NCBI RefSeq assembly: GCF_004010195.1
Contig: NC_057757.1
Location: 5,191,464 to 5,255,463 of the forward strand
Reading direction: 5' to 3'
Origin: Chiloscyllium plagiosum
Taxonomy: Eukaryota
DNA: 64,000 bases
How positions within the stretch are numbered: position 1 is the stretch's first letter; each line of letters starts with the position of its first letter. Under the pieces are notes generated by a model. That model ran no database searches. It saw nothing but the letters and a program-made list of their open reading frames with translations, and was not told where the DNA came from. The translations under genes and the position numbers were made by a program. Below are positions 11,214 to 24,239 of the stretch, in pieces.

Positions 11214-12347
11214 GAAATGGCCCAGCAAGGTACCCAGTTCAAGAGCAATAAGGGCTCAGCAACAACAGTGATGTCTGAAAGAATGTGTATTTTAAAATGG
11301 ACAAGGGAAGTGGAGACGATCAGGGATTTCCAAAAGGAAACCGGGTGGACACTGGAGGGAAATAATCTTGCAGAGGTCACAAGTATAGAGCATGGAGAAT
11401 GTGACTGACTGGATTGTTCTACATGGACTTGATGGTCTGATGCTGCAATGAATGGGGCAGATAAATGCATTCAGAGTGAGGCCTGAACAGTAACATGGAG
11501 TAAATGGATCGAATGGCTTGTTTTGCCCTTATCACTGTGTGTTTCCGTGCTGGAAATGTGTGTGTTGTGCATGTCCACTTGCATCCACTACCACTGGGAG
11601 CCATTAGGGTGTGCTGCAGATTCAGTGTCAACCCATGAAGTTTCCAGGAATCGAAAATGTGCCTTGAAATTCAAGTTCAAGCAATGCCTTGTGCAATGCA
11701 CAAGAGAGAATCCCTGCCAGTCACGGATGGATGCAGCTCTCTGGAGGTGATTAATGTCTTGCTGAGCAGTCGGCTTCACAGAATTGATGTGATTCATAAT
11801 GCAACAGTGACAAGGGCAAAACAAGCCATTCGATCCATTTACTCCGTGTTACTGTTCAGGCCTCACTCTGAATGCATTTATCTGCCGCATTCATTGCAGC
11901 ATCAGACCATCAAGTCCATGTAGAACAATCCAGTCAGTCACATTCTCCATGCTCTATACCTGTGACCTCTGCAAGATTATTTCCCTCAAGTCTGAAAAAT
12001 GTGTTGCTGGAAAAGCGCAGCAGGTCAGGCAGCATCCAAGGAGCAGGAGAATCTAGGCGGAAGATGTGGCGCTCTTCCTCCAGGCGTCGTGTTGCCATGG
12101 CCTGGCGATGGAGGAGGCCAAGGACCTGCATGTCCTTGGCGGAGTGGGAGGGGGAGTCAAAGTGTTCAGCCACGGGGCGGTTGGGTTGGTTGGTGCGAGT
12201 TTCTTCAAGTATCCACCCAGTTTCCTTTTGGAAATCACTGATCATCTCCACTTCCTCTGCCCATTTTAAAATGCATGTTCTTTCAGGCATCACTGTTGTT
12301 GCCGAGCCCTTATTGCCCTTGGACTGCGTACCTTTCTGGGCCACTTC
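11214..12347. repeat. Inverted duplication: arms 11214-11538 and 11804-12347, right arm split by a PLE insert
   Basis: The arms are reverse complements (mirrored ORFs 11205+ and 11934-), separated by a 265-bp spacer. Confidence 0.9.
11992..12200 (-). mobile_element. Penelope-like fragment (GIY-YIG endonuclease C-terminus plus terminus)
   Basis: TNQPNRPVAEHFDSPSHSAKDMQVLGL...RRLEEERHIFRL; flanked by a tcaagt duplication. Confidence 0.8.
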
Positions 12348-13889
12348 CCCTGCCCGCTTTTGGGCATTGAGTTCCAGGTCACTACTACTTGCTGTGTAAA
12401 GGTACATTTTTCCTCATATCCCTACCTTCCCAGAACTTAAATCTGTGGCCCCCTAGTCTGTGTACCATCAGCTAATGGCACATTTCCCATTGTGGAAAGT
12501 GAAAAGCCTCTGATTCTACCCTTACTGCCTAGCCATCTTCAATCTGATATTAAGTAGGATTTTGACCCAGCAATGCTATATGTATCCAAGTCAAATAATA
12601 TTTGTAACTCAGAGGTGAACTTAGATGTGTTGGGGTTACCACGCATATGCTGTTCGTATCTACCATATTGGACTCATTGTCTTCAGCGACTTGACCAAGT
12701 CATGTTCGGCTCTTGATGATGAGGAAGGATATTGGTCAAGACTTTGGAAATTCTGTGGGCTTGGGGTATGTGCTGACAGTTAAGGGAATGGTGTTCCAAC
12801 AGTTTTTGCCTCAACCAGATGGCAGAGAGTGAGCATTCCCCTACCTTGTTTGCAAAGAGGTTTATCCCCCATCGGCCCTCACTCTTGCATCTATAGCCCT
12901 TTGTTTTTGTCACCGTCCTACAGAAAATGAGTTGTATCTTCTGTGGACCCTGTTCCATCCTTTCAAACCTTTCACTTGGTCTCAGTGGGGAGCTGTGGTC
13001 CCAACATCCAGGTTCAAGTCTGGGACTTGAGCATGAAAAATCAAGGCTGACATCCCAGTATGAACTGGGTACCTTGCTGGGCCAATTCAGTCAGCGTATT
13101 ACCATAGGCTTGGAGTCACATGGAGGCTAGCGCAGGTAAGAATGGCAAATTTTCTTCCCTCAAGGAAACTGGTGAATCAGATGGATTTGACAACTGATGA
13201 TAGCTGTCATACAGTCATAGAGATGTACAGCACGGAAACAGACCCTTTGGTCCAACTCGTCCATGCTGACCAGCTATCCCAATCCAATCTAGTCCCACCT
13301 GACCACTGTCACCATTATTAAGAGTTATTCAATTAAAATTCCTGCTATATGGGATTTGAACTGTCTCCACCACACCATTAAACTTAAAGCTCTCCAGTAA
13401 CATTCCCACTAGACGGTCACCTCTTCACTCAGTCTGAATCAGGGTTTATGTTCCACATGAGTCTCCTCCAATAGGTTTTCATCTCACTCCATTAACATAC
13501 CCACCTCTACTCCTCTCCCTCATACCTAGTTTCCTCTTTGCATCGACACTACCTGTCCCGTAGGAGTGCTACACCTTTACTGAAACATTGAAAACTCAGG
13601 CCACAGCTGGTCTCTTAGATGGATATCAAGCAGGAGGTCACAACCCCAACAGACAAGCAAATAGTTTTTAACCTGGTGGTCCCACATAGTGGTCCCAGTT
13701 CTCTGGGAGAGGAGGGAAGGGTCCTTGAAATGACCCCTTGTGTCACAAGGTCACATCAATCAAAGCGAACCCCAACTGGAAAGTCAATGAATGGGGTAGA
13801 GAGGTCATGTTGCAATTAGGGAGTTGGAGAGGAAGGGTTAGAGTCTCCATAGCACTTGACTACTGATCTCATCATTACACTGTTCAGCA

Positions 13890-14440
13890 CATGGAACACA
13901 GAAATTAGGAGCAAGCGTCAACTCAGTGAGCTTGTTCCATCTTTTAACATGATCATGACTGCTCCGCTATCTCAATGCCAGAACCCTATCACCCTTTTAG
14001 TTTGAGAACTCATGTTCCTTCTTAAATATATTCAGTGACTTGGCCTCCACAGCATTCTTTGGCAGAGAATTCCACAGGTTCACCATCCTCTGAGTGAAGA
14101 AAATTCTCCTCATTTCAATCTTAAATGGCCTACTCTGCATCCTGAGTCTGTGACCCCTTGTTCTAGAGACCCCGGTCTCTGTTTCCAGTCTGTCCAGCCC
14201 TGGGAGGATTTTGTATGTTTTAATGAGATCTCCCACTCATTCTTCCAAACTCCAGTTAAAACAAGCCTATTTAACCCAATCTCTTCTCAAACAATAAGTC
14301 TGTCGAACCTTTGCTGTACTCCCTCTATGGTAAGTATATTCTTTATTAATTAAGGAGACCAAAACTGCACTCAAAAATCCAGGTGAGCTCCCACCCAAAC
14401 ACTGTACAGCTGCAATAAGGCATCCTTAGTTTTTTGTTCA
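13890..14440 (-). mobile_element. CR1 LINE 3' fragment (continues at 14805-14920 and 17250-18130)
   Basis: GDLIKTYKILPGLDRL...TRGHRLRM...EMRRIFFTQRMVNLWNSLP. Confidence 0.8.
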
Positions 14441-14459
14441 AACTCTGTTGTATCAAAGA

Positions 14460-14803
14460 ATCCCTACAATATAAAGCAGACCATTCAGTCCACACCAACC
14501 CTCCACAAAGCAACCCATTCAAATCCCCCCTTCTCCCATTCCCTACAACCCACATTTCGCATTGGCTAATCCACCCAAGACTGCATAGCCCTGGACACTA
14601 TGGGGTAATTTAGCATGGCCAATCCACCGAACCTGCACATTTTCGGACTGTGGGATGAAACCATAGCACCCAGAGGAAACCCACATAGACACAGGGAGAA
14701 CGTGCAAACTCCGCACACAGATAGTCGCCTAAGGGTGGAATTGAATTCTAGTCCCTGGTGCTGTGAGGCAGCAGTGCTAACCAATGAGCCACTGTGCTGC
14801 CCA
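14460..14803 (-). mobile_element. HE1-type SINE
   Basis: tRNA-like head gtggctcattggttagcactgctgcctcacag and conserved central domain. Confidence 0.85.
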
Positions 14804-14923
14804 TTGTAATGTAGGTCAACATACCATTTACCTTGCTAACTGCTTGCTTCACCTGCATGTTTGCCTTCAATGACTGGTTTACAAGGTCACCTAGGTCCCT
14901 TTATGTATTAAAACTTCCCAATC

Positions 14924-17243
14924 TGAAATACCTGCACAGAGGTCGGGTCCCATCACCAAGTCACTCTTTATTTACCTGAGTACAGCTCAGGTTAACTGCC
15001 CCAATCAAGAGGCTCATAGTCAATGAGGTCCATCTGGTCCCAATCACTACAGCCCTTCCCCCCCACCCCCAAAGTCCATGATGTAGGCCTGGTAGCTTTC
15101 GCTTGTAGCTTCAATTGCAACGTTGTTGCCCCAGGTCCGGTTCCTCTGACTCGGGTTTGGACACAGATGGTGTGCACCAGACTGTGGCCTGTCTCTTGCA
15201 ACCAGAAAGTCTCAGGAGAGTTTTCTTCTCTTCTTCAGTGGCTTCCATTTAAGACTCTGAAGTTTCCCTGAGACTAGACAGAGAGGGAGCACCTGTGGTT
15301 TCTGCCAGGCCTTCTGGCTGTTCAGAGCGGCCAACTGTGTTTTCCTCCTGTCCTGTTTTCAAGGTAACAGCTTTCAGGTGATCCACATGTTTATTCAGGA
15401 CATTATCATCTATACAAACTTTGTAAGTCATGGGACCTGACTGCATTAACCCTGTCTTGTACCCATACAGGGCCATTTCCAAGGTTCCGGCACTAAACTT
15501 CACCCCTGAATTGTCTCTCTCTCTTGGAGGAGGCATTTGGCTGGCATTGGAGTTCCTATTGCCATTTCATTCCCCTCTCTCGGTCTGGAAATATCAGCTT
15601 TAACCTGATGTCGAGTCTTCTCCCCATCAGTAACTCCGCTGGAGTTATCCCTGTGGTTGAGTGCAGGATGGACCTATAATCGAACAGGAATGGGATAGTT
15701 TGGTCTCAATTGATGCTGTAGGCTGCTTCTTTAAGCCTGCCTTCAATGTTTGGACCGCTCTTTCCACTAGACCATTGGGTGAGGGAAGATATGGAGCTGT
15801 CCTTATGTGCCAAATGCCATTGGACTTGAGGAAACATTTGAATTCGTTGCTGGTAAATGAAGTCCCATTGTCCGTGACTAATACTTCTGGGAGCCCATGT
15901 ATTGTGAATGGTGCTCAGAGCTTCTTCATCATTGTCCCTGAGTTTGCTGAACTAACTTTATGCACGTCCAACCACTTTGAACAGGCATCCACAATGACCA
16001 GGAACATTCAGCCCATGAAAGGATCAGCATAGCCAACATGCAACCGAGCCCAGCATTTACCCAGCTATTCCCACAAATGTGAGGGTGCTGCTGGTGGCAA
16101 CTTTTGTCCTTGTTGGCACTTGGGCACTGCCCCGTCAACACGGCTGTGTCAGCATCTAGGCCTGTCCATCAGACATAGCTTCTTGTCAGCATCTTCATCT
16201 TGGAACCCCTGGATGACCCTGGTGGAAGTCAGCCAGTGTCTGATGGCAACCTTTACTTGGGTCAATCACCCTTGCTTCCCCACAGTAATTGGTGAAAGTG
16301 GGTACTGCAGATGCTGGAGATTAGAGTAGTGCTGGAAAAGCATAGCAGATCAGGCAGCATCCGAGGAGCAGGTAAATCAATGTTTTGGGCAAAAGTCCTT
16401 CATCGGGAATGAGCTCATCCCTGATGAAGGGCTCCTCACAGTAATATGCTATCTGCGGTGATCTGGTCTCACCAGGTCCAAATAGGTTTCAATCCTGGTT
16501 GCGATGACCCTTTTGTTTCCCCCATTACCACCAGCCAAATAAAACTGATAGCATCTCAGGATTCGAGGAGGTTTGAGTTCCCAATATTAGTTAACCAACT
16601 CTGTCAACTCTTGGCAGGTTTTAGCGATTGGTGCCTCTGGGAACATTAAGCCCCTTATAACCGAAAATGCTGTAGGTCCACATGCAGTCAGAGGATTACT
16701 CATTGCTTTTTATCTGCCCCAATGTCATTTGCCTGGTTAAATATTGCATTCTTTCCACGGTCTTCGACAGCAAGATCAAATGAGTCAAGCTTCCCAAATA
16801 AAGGCATGATGCCAGAAATGCTTACCCCAACTCCAAGATGACAGTTGCAAGCCAATGTTCTTCAGGGACGTCCTGTCTTCTCCCGTCACCACTGAAGTAA
16901 CTGCACAGAGACTGGGTCCTGTCATCAAATCATCCTTTATTTACTAGTGCACATTATACTAGCTGTGGCCAGCCAGTTTGGAGTGCTCAACTGGGAAGAT
17001 TCTAATTTCCTGGGATTTTTTTCCCTTACCCCCACACTATTTTTCCCCAGCATCTATGTCATGTTTGTGCAGATGTAGGACAAAGGGCATGGACAATGGG
17101 ACTTCATTTACCAGCAGGGAATTCAAAACTTTATTTGTATTTTCCTGGTTATTTTGGTCAGCCAAGGCTTTTCTGATTGGCCTAGGTTAACAATCCCAGT
17201 TAAAAACTGCATTGTCAATGAGGTCCACCTGGTCACAATCACA
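14924..17243 (-). mobile_element. Internally deleted Gypsy LTR retrotransposon (gag N-terminus and integrase remnants)
   Basis: Similar termini at 14924-15051 and about 16892-17243; PBS-like TGGTGACG; purine tract before the 3' LTR; gag MPLFGKLDSFD from 16807; integrase GLPEVLVTDNGTSFTSNEF..SPNGLVERAVQTLK; candidate TSD CAATC. Confidence 0.8.
16291..16435. mobile_element. PLE-terminus insert (family A) nested in the Gypsy element
   Basis: ctgcagatgctggaga...gcagcatccgaggagcagg...ccttcatcggg followed by the inverted cctgatgaagggc. Confidence 0.7.
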
Positions 17244-17367
17244 CAATCTATAATAATTTGAATATACTCTGTCATTCTGTTTTTCCTATTAAATTAGATA
17301 CCTTCTCACTAATCCAAGTTATATTGTATTTGTCATGTACACTCCACTCACTCAATTTGTCTTGCAG

Positions 17368-17700
17368 CTTAGATTAGATTAGATTAGATTAGATTAGATT
17401 ACTTACAGTGTGGAAACAGGCCCTTCGGCCCAACAAGTCCACACCGACCCGCCGAAGCGTAACCCACCCATACCCCTACATTTACCCCTTTTACCTAACA
17501 CTACGGGCAATTTAGCGTGGCCAATTCACCTGACTTGCACATCTTTGGAGTGTGGGAGGAAACCGGAGCACCCGGAGGAAACCCACGCAGACACGGGGAG
17601 AATGTGCAAACTCCACACAGTCAGTCGCCTGAGGCGGGAATCGAACCCGGGTCTCAGGCGCTGCGAGGCAGCAGTGCTAACCACTGTGCCACCGTGCCGC
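17368..17700 (-). mobile_element. Young HE1-type SINE with (AATCT)n tail
   Basis: CpG-rich copy of the family; (ttaga)n at 17368-17400. Confidence 0.9.
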
Positions 17701-18180
17701 TTCTTTACATTGTCCTCACCACTCACAATCCCACCTAGTTTTGCGTCATTCATTCACTGATTCAAATCATTGGTATACATTGTGAATAACTGAGCCCAGC
17801 CTGAAAATGACCCATCACTCTGTTTCCTGTCTCAATTCCAAATCCAAGCCAATATGTTATCCTTAAACCCATGTACTTTGACTTTGCACAATAACCTTTT
17901 ATGTGAGATTTTATCAACAACTTACTGAGAATCCAAATACATCATATCCACTTATTCAGCCCAATCTTTTCAACATCCTCAAAAAAATTCTTAGTTTTGT
18001 CAAAATGATTTCCCTTTCATAAATTCATGTCAACTTCAACTAATATTGATGTTTTCTAAATACCCTGTTATCACATGCTTTCTAACTTTCCCACCTACTG
18101 ATGCTGGACTAACTGGTCTTAATTCTCTGTTTTCTCCTTGCATCCATCTTTAAACAGTGGATTTCCTCCCTGTGGAACTA

Positions 18181-18520
18181 GGTGGCATGGTGGGTCAGTG
18201 GTTAGCACTGCTGCCTCACAGCGCAAGGGACTTGAGTTCAATTCCACCCTGAAGCGACTGTTTGTGTGGAGCTTGTACATTCTCTCCAAGTCTGCACTGG
18301 TTTCCTCCTTCAGTCCAAAGATATGCAGGTGTGGTGGATTGATCTTGCTCAATCGCCCATAGTGTCCAGGGATGTACAACTAGGTGGATTGGCCATGGGA
18401 AGTGTAGGGTTACAGGGATAAGGTAAGGGGACAGATCTGGGTGAGATGCTCTTCAAAAGGTTATTGGTGACTTGATGGGCCAAATGGCCTACTTCCACAC
18501 TGTAGGGATTCTATGATTCT
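18181..18520 (+). mobile_element. HE1-type SINE
   Basis: ggtggcatggtgggtcagtggttagcactgctgcctcacag...ttccacactgtagggattctatgattct. Confidence 0.85.
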
Positions 18521-19262
18521 ACATTTGTCACCCTCTAATCTGTTCCAGACCTATAAAACTTTGGATACACTTTCCCAATATGCTTCTGCCTTAAAATAGT
18601 TAAAAGGTGCTAAAATAAGTCAGACATGTTGTTAGACTCCTTTCCATTTCCTTAAGCTCAGTGTCAGAGACAGTCCTGGAGTAACATAGCGGATATGTAA
18701 CTGGACTATTAATTCTGAAGCCAAATGATCTTGATGATATGAATTCAAATCCTGTTGGAGCATCGCATTCAACCGTTTAATACATCTGAACTAAACACTA
18801 GTATCACAGACGGTGATCATGTTGATTGTGGTAAACTCCCATCTGGCTCACTAGTGTCTTTAAGGGAAGAAAGTCTGCCAACCTTCCCCAGTCTGCCTTA
18901 CATGTGACTCTAGACCCACAGCAATGTGGTTGATTCTTAACTGCTGTCTGAAATGGCTTGGCAAACCACTTGTATACCTGAATTATTAACTCTGTCTGTC
19001 CCCTCGTTCTTATTTCAGGTCTCCAGCATCTGCAGTGTTTTGTAGCAAGCAACTCTTTGTCTTCAAGAAACTACCTCACCTTCTCTAAAGGCGATTCATT
19101 TTAATTCACTCATGAGGAATAGGCCTCACTGAAGGCTAGTTGCCCTGGAAGGGTGGTATTGAACTGCCTTATGAACTGCTGCGGTCCATGTGCTGTAGGT
19201 ATATCCACGATGCTGTTAAGGAGGGAGTTCCAGGATTTTGATCCAGTAACAGTGAGGAACAG

Positions 19263-19948
19263 GGGTATTGAGGTATTGAGGACTAAAGTCAAAGTAGACC
19301 CGATATCTCTTCTCTTAGATCTACCAAATTTACCATCTTTAGACGGGCATGGGAAGAAACTATTTAATATTCTTGCATACTGTGCACAGAAGAATATTCT
19401 GATGAATTGTGTGTCTGAGAACCTGCTGGGCTTGCTGGGATGGCAGAAGTTAATTATGGAGCACATTCCCTTGGACTTTTTTACAAACATTGTGCACCAC
19501 ACAACAGACCATTTTGATAAGACATGGCAGCCCTACTTGAGTTATTTGGATATAGATTTGTCAGTTATCTTAACTATGGCATTTATTTAACCAGGATGGT
19601 TAGATTTGTCAAGCCTGGGTCCTGGAGGGGGTCTCCTGACTTAATAAGGGTACATATACAATGCTCCCATTCCTTTGCTTGGAGCTTTGCCCCGAGCATA
19701 GCTGTTCTGTATTTTGTGTATTTTTTTGTTTTTTTTTGCTTTTCTTTCTTTTTTTTGGTGTTGCTTTGCACAATGTTAGGGTTTGTTTTGTATTATAGGG
19801 TAGGTTAGTAGTTAGTAGACAGTAGTTGTATTGTAATTTGTGGTTTTTTTCCTTATTATACTGATATTTGTTATGATTGTATCTTTCAATAATTTTATAT
19901 GCTTGTAAAGTTAAAAAAATTTGCTAATAAATATATTTACAAAAAAAA
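19263..19948 (+). mobile_element. 5'-truncated L1-like LINE (ORF2 C-terminus, 3' UTR, poly(A))
   Basis: CAQKNILMN..GWQKLIMEHIPLDF..HFDKTWQPYLSYL; AATAAA plus A-tail; near-TSD aacagtgaggaacag / aacagtaaaggaacag. Confidence 0.75.
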
Positions 19949-21114
19949 CAGTAAAGGAACAGTGATTGGATGGGAAATAAACTTACAGGGCTGTGGGATA
20001 GAGCAGGGGGAATTGAGACTGACTGGTTTACTCTACAGAGACAGGATGGGGCCTGATGACATTTTCTAATGGACATTCATCCTTAACACCTCCCAGTAAG
20101 AATTCACATGATAGTGATCAGCAGAGGGACTGAGAGTTGATATTTTTCCCTTTCTTAGTACAAGGCCATTAAAGCCAGTTGTCAAGCTCTGAGCGACTAC
20201 CCTTGCTCAGATCAGCTAACTGAGCGAAACTATTTGGTCATCGTGGCTCAGTGCCATGTGACTAGTTCAGACACATAGCAAAACGAGGGCAATCTTGCCA
20301 AACCTGTGACCTCTACACACCTCTAGGTGGGATGAGGGATGAGGGAGGATGGTGCACTCTTTGGTCACCCTGCTGGCTACATCCTGGGCTAGTCTTACAG
20401 CTGGAACAGGGCCAGACTGTCAAGGTACCAGAGATGCCCAGGGCCAAAGGAGACGATGTCGGCACAGAACTTGCACTGTTGGACGAGGTGTAGGGTAGAA
20501 GTAAGCACCAGATCCCTACCCCCCAAAAAGCACACAGCATTCCTGCTGCAGCCAGAGTGTAAACATCTCTGAATGACTGAATTGGATCTGCCTGCGGAAC
20601 AGACCGTTCGTCCTAACAATAGAAAGGTTTTGACTCTGGAGCTATCCAGAGAATTCTCTGCCTGTTGCATAAAGAGGCTGAGGCTATGCTCCTTTTTATC
20701 TGCACTGCAGTGCACTGCGTGGTCAGTGCACAACTCCTGGCAGAATCTGCACTGCAAGGGTCTGGTTTTGAATCGGAGTGGTATTGAAAGGACCTTTAAA
20801 GAATAGCGAAACAAATCAAATTGAACACATACCAGTTGCAGAGAAGATAATCTCTTGCTCTTGCTATCTAACAAGCAGCCAAGAGAGACTGTGGCTCATT
20901 GCAATTCTCAGTATGGGTGACAATGATCAGGCCAGTCCCATTTGAGTAAAGCCACTGGACACTTGGACCTTGATGTCACAAGGTTGCAGCTCAAATCTTC
21001 TGCGTGAAAAGCTGTTTAGAGCGGTCACATGTCTCACCAAATGCTTTGTGGCAGAATCCAGTCTTGTGTTACTGTTTGTGACACACCCCACTCTTTGTGT
21101 GACCCACTCTGTTC

Positions 21115-21340
21115 TGACCTAAGGGGCAACCTTTTCATGCAGAGGGTGGTGCGTGTATGGAATGAGCTGCCAGAGGAAGTGGTGGAGGCTGGTACAATTA
21201 CAACACTTAAAAGGCGTCTGGATGGGGAAATGAATAGGAAGGGTTTAGCGGGATATGGGCCAAACACAGGCAAATGAGACTAAATGGCATGGATGAATTG
21301 GATCGAAGATTTCTGTTTCTGTGCTGTACAACCTATGACC
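21115..21340 (+). mobile_element. CR1 LINE 3' end
   Basis: DLRGNLFMQRVVRVWNELPEEVVEAGTIT. Confidence 0.85.
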
Positions 21341-21344
21341 CTGA

Positions 21345-21880
21345 AAGCAGGACAAAAGCTAGGAAAGCTGCAGCAAGTAACTCACCTCCCCGAAACTTGT
21401 CTGCCATGCACAAGTCAGGACTGTGATGGAATATTCCCCACTTGCTCGGATGAGTGCAGGTTCAACAAGACTCAAGAAGCTCAACATCATCCAGAGACAA
21501 AGTAGCCCGCTTGATTGTAATCACAATCACCAAAGCTCGATCCCTCCACCACCATCGCTGAGTAGCAGCAGTGTGCACCATCTACAAGATGCACTGCAGA
21601 AATTATCCAAGGCTCCTTAGATAGCACCTTCCAAACCTATCACCACTATCAACTCGAAGGGTGCAGGCAAACAGACACATAGTAACACCATCACCTACAA
21701 GTTCCCTTCTAAATTATATACCTTCCTGATCTCTCCCCAACAGCATTGTGTGTTTACCTACAGCAAAGGAATTGCAGTGATTCATGAAGACAGCTCACCA
21801 CCACCTTCTCAAAGGCAACTAGAGATTAGCAACAAATGCTGGCCCAGCCAGTGATATCCACATCCTATGAATGAATAAAA
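21345..21880 (+). mobile_element. Non-LTR retrotransposon 3' fragment (same family as 9405)
   Basis: MEYSPLA.MSAGSTRLKKLNIIQ and shared 3' sequence. Confidence 0.65.
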
Positions 21881-21911
21881 GATGCATTGCTTTTCCAAAG
21901 AAACGTTATCG

Positions 21912-22232
21912 AATCCCTACACTGTGGCAGCAGGCCATTCTGCCCATACTGATCCTCTGAAGAGGATCCCTCCCAGACCCACCCTATCCCTGTATTTCCC
22001 ATGGCTAATCCACCAAACCTACACATCTCTGGACACTATGGGCAATTTAGCATAGCCAACCTAACCTGCACTTCTTTGGACTGTGGGAGGAAACCAGAAT
22101 AGCCAGTGGAAACCCATGCAGAAACAAGAGAACGTGCAAACTCCACACAGACATTCACCTGAGGCTGGAATCGAGCCTGAGTTCCTAGCACCGTGAGGCA
22201 GCAGTGCTAACCACTGAGCCACCATGCCACCC
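21912..22232 (-). mobile_element. HE1-type SINE
   Basis: Family head and central domain on the minus strand. Confidence 0.85.
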
Positions 22233-22508
22233 ATATAGGGCTCAAATGTTAACTTTGTTTCTCTCTCCACAGAAGCTGTCAGAGCTACTGAGTTTCTCTC
22301 GCACTTTCTGTTGTTTTTAATTCCAGTTGCTTTTGTTAATGTTAGGTTTTATAATGTCTGTAATAAGTTATTTGTTCGAAATTTATGAATACAAATCACC
22401 TTTCCAAAGTCATTGGATAGAAACCTTTACTGTGGTGAAGTTTTCTTTCTTCCAAGGTACGATGATGATCAGTACTGTATTTCTACCTATGCAATCTATG
22501 ACTGGTCA

Positions 22509-22750
22509 TTAGATTAGATTCTATACAGTGTGGAAACAGGCCCTTCGGCCCAACAAGTCCACACCGACCCTCTGAAGAGCAACCCACTGCACATCTTTGG
22601 ACTGTGGGAGTAAACCGGAGCACCCGGAAGAAACCCACGCAGACACGGGGAGAATGTGCAAACTCCACACAGTTGCCCGAGGCGGGAATTGAACCCGGGT
22701 CCTTAGTGCTGTGAGGCAGCAGTGCTAACCACTGAGCCACCGTGCCACCC
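22509..22750 (-). mobile_element. HE1-type SINE (internal deletion)
   Basis: Family head, central domain and aatct tail. Confidence 0.85.
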
Positions 22751-23008
22751 TTAATATTTATTTATCCATAATATTTATGGAACAGACAGTTTCACGACTT
22801 GCTAGGTGGCAACCTTCATTTCTGCATAGAAATAGGCAAGGTGCTTATTATGATGTTTTCAATAGGTCACTCAGGACAGTTTGTGGGTCACTGAAGAGAG
22901 TTCAAAGATTACAGCTGCTTGGAGAAAGAAACAGACAGAGACACCGACTCCATGTTAGACAGGGCTGCCATTAGTCGTATTACTGGGAAGGCATCTAAAG
23001 GATGTGGA

Positions 23009-23348
23009 GTTCAGCTGGGACAACACATCCATCCTAGGACAGGCCAAACAGAGACATGCACGGGAATTCCTAGAAGCATGGCATTCCAACCAGAACTCTA
23101 TCAACAAGCACAGTGACTTGGAGCCGATTTATCACCCTCTGAGAAAAAGAATGGGAAATGGCATCACCACAGGAAATGACATCACCACAAGAAGTGACAT
23201 CATCAACCCAAAGAAACCCAAACATATAAACAGAAAGCAGGAATCATCAGCAATGCTTCGTCCGGACGCTCACTGAAGATGTTACCTAGTATGGTGACGA
23301 AACATCTCAACATGAACCTTCCAGCTCAGCGAGCAAACCTACATCCAC
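23009..23348 (+). mobile_element. 5'-truncated Penelope-like element (family C) with hammerhead core at 23273-23306
   Basis: GIY-YIG C-terminus FSWDNTSILGQAKQRHAREFLEAWHS..SINKH; CTGAAGA-T-GTTACC-TAGTAT-GGTGAC-GAAA-CATC; TSD AGGATGTGGA (22999-23008 / 23349-23358). Confidence 0.8.
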
Positions 23349-24239
23349 AGGATGTGGACTTGGTGCAAAGTCAATAGTTGGATGGCTTTGTGGTGTTGGA
23401 ACTTGAAACAAAGTTCTAGGAGTTAGCAAACAGCTAAGTATTGGAGTTAAGTTTCTGGGAAAGTACTGGAACCTATGGGGGCGCAAAAGAAAACATGAGC
23501 AATGAATAGTTCAGTGGAGAGGGTGTTGAAAAGCTCACAAGCTTGTTGCAACTGAGCTAAGGGAAAAAAAATCAGGGCAGTTCTAACTTGGTGAAGCTAA
23601 CAGTCAGTGAAAAGCTGGAGTTCAACCTATGAAGTGCAGTTTCAGAGTCGAAAGGAACATTGACCCAGGAAAGAAGAGTGATTAACAGAATATGAATAGT
23701 TGTTACAACAGCCCATGATGGAACAACTCTTGAGAGGGAGTTTCAAGACCAGATTTTAAAGTGGAGAATTGTGATCCCTTTTGCAGTGTGATGAGATTTG
23801 TTCACAGACTGTGTCATTAACATCTGGATAGAGTTGTTGAGAATTCTGTCAGATTTGTGTTGATCACAGTTCCATTGCATATGCCCTGTTGGGTGTTCAG
23901 CCACATGTTAATTCTGGGAGTTAGATATAAGTTATACATGTATTGTATCATTATATGACTCTTCGAATGTTGTATAGTAAAGTTTATTGTGGTTGTTGTT
24001 CAAAACAAATGGAATCTTGTGGCTTTATTCCGTCATTAAGTCCTCTGGATCTCACACTTTGTCGAGTTTTTTTTAAAAAGTACTGGTCCCTCGCCAGACT
24101 ATAACACAAACTTGGCAGTCATTGTAGTGACACACTCCAGTCTCTGTTGATATTTACTCTGTGAGGCATACTTATGTCTCTATGGTACTCCATGTGACAC
24201 AGTCCAATCCCTGTGTTACTCTGTGTGCCACAAACTTGC

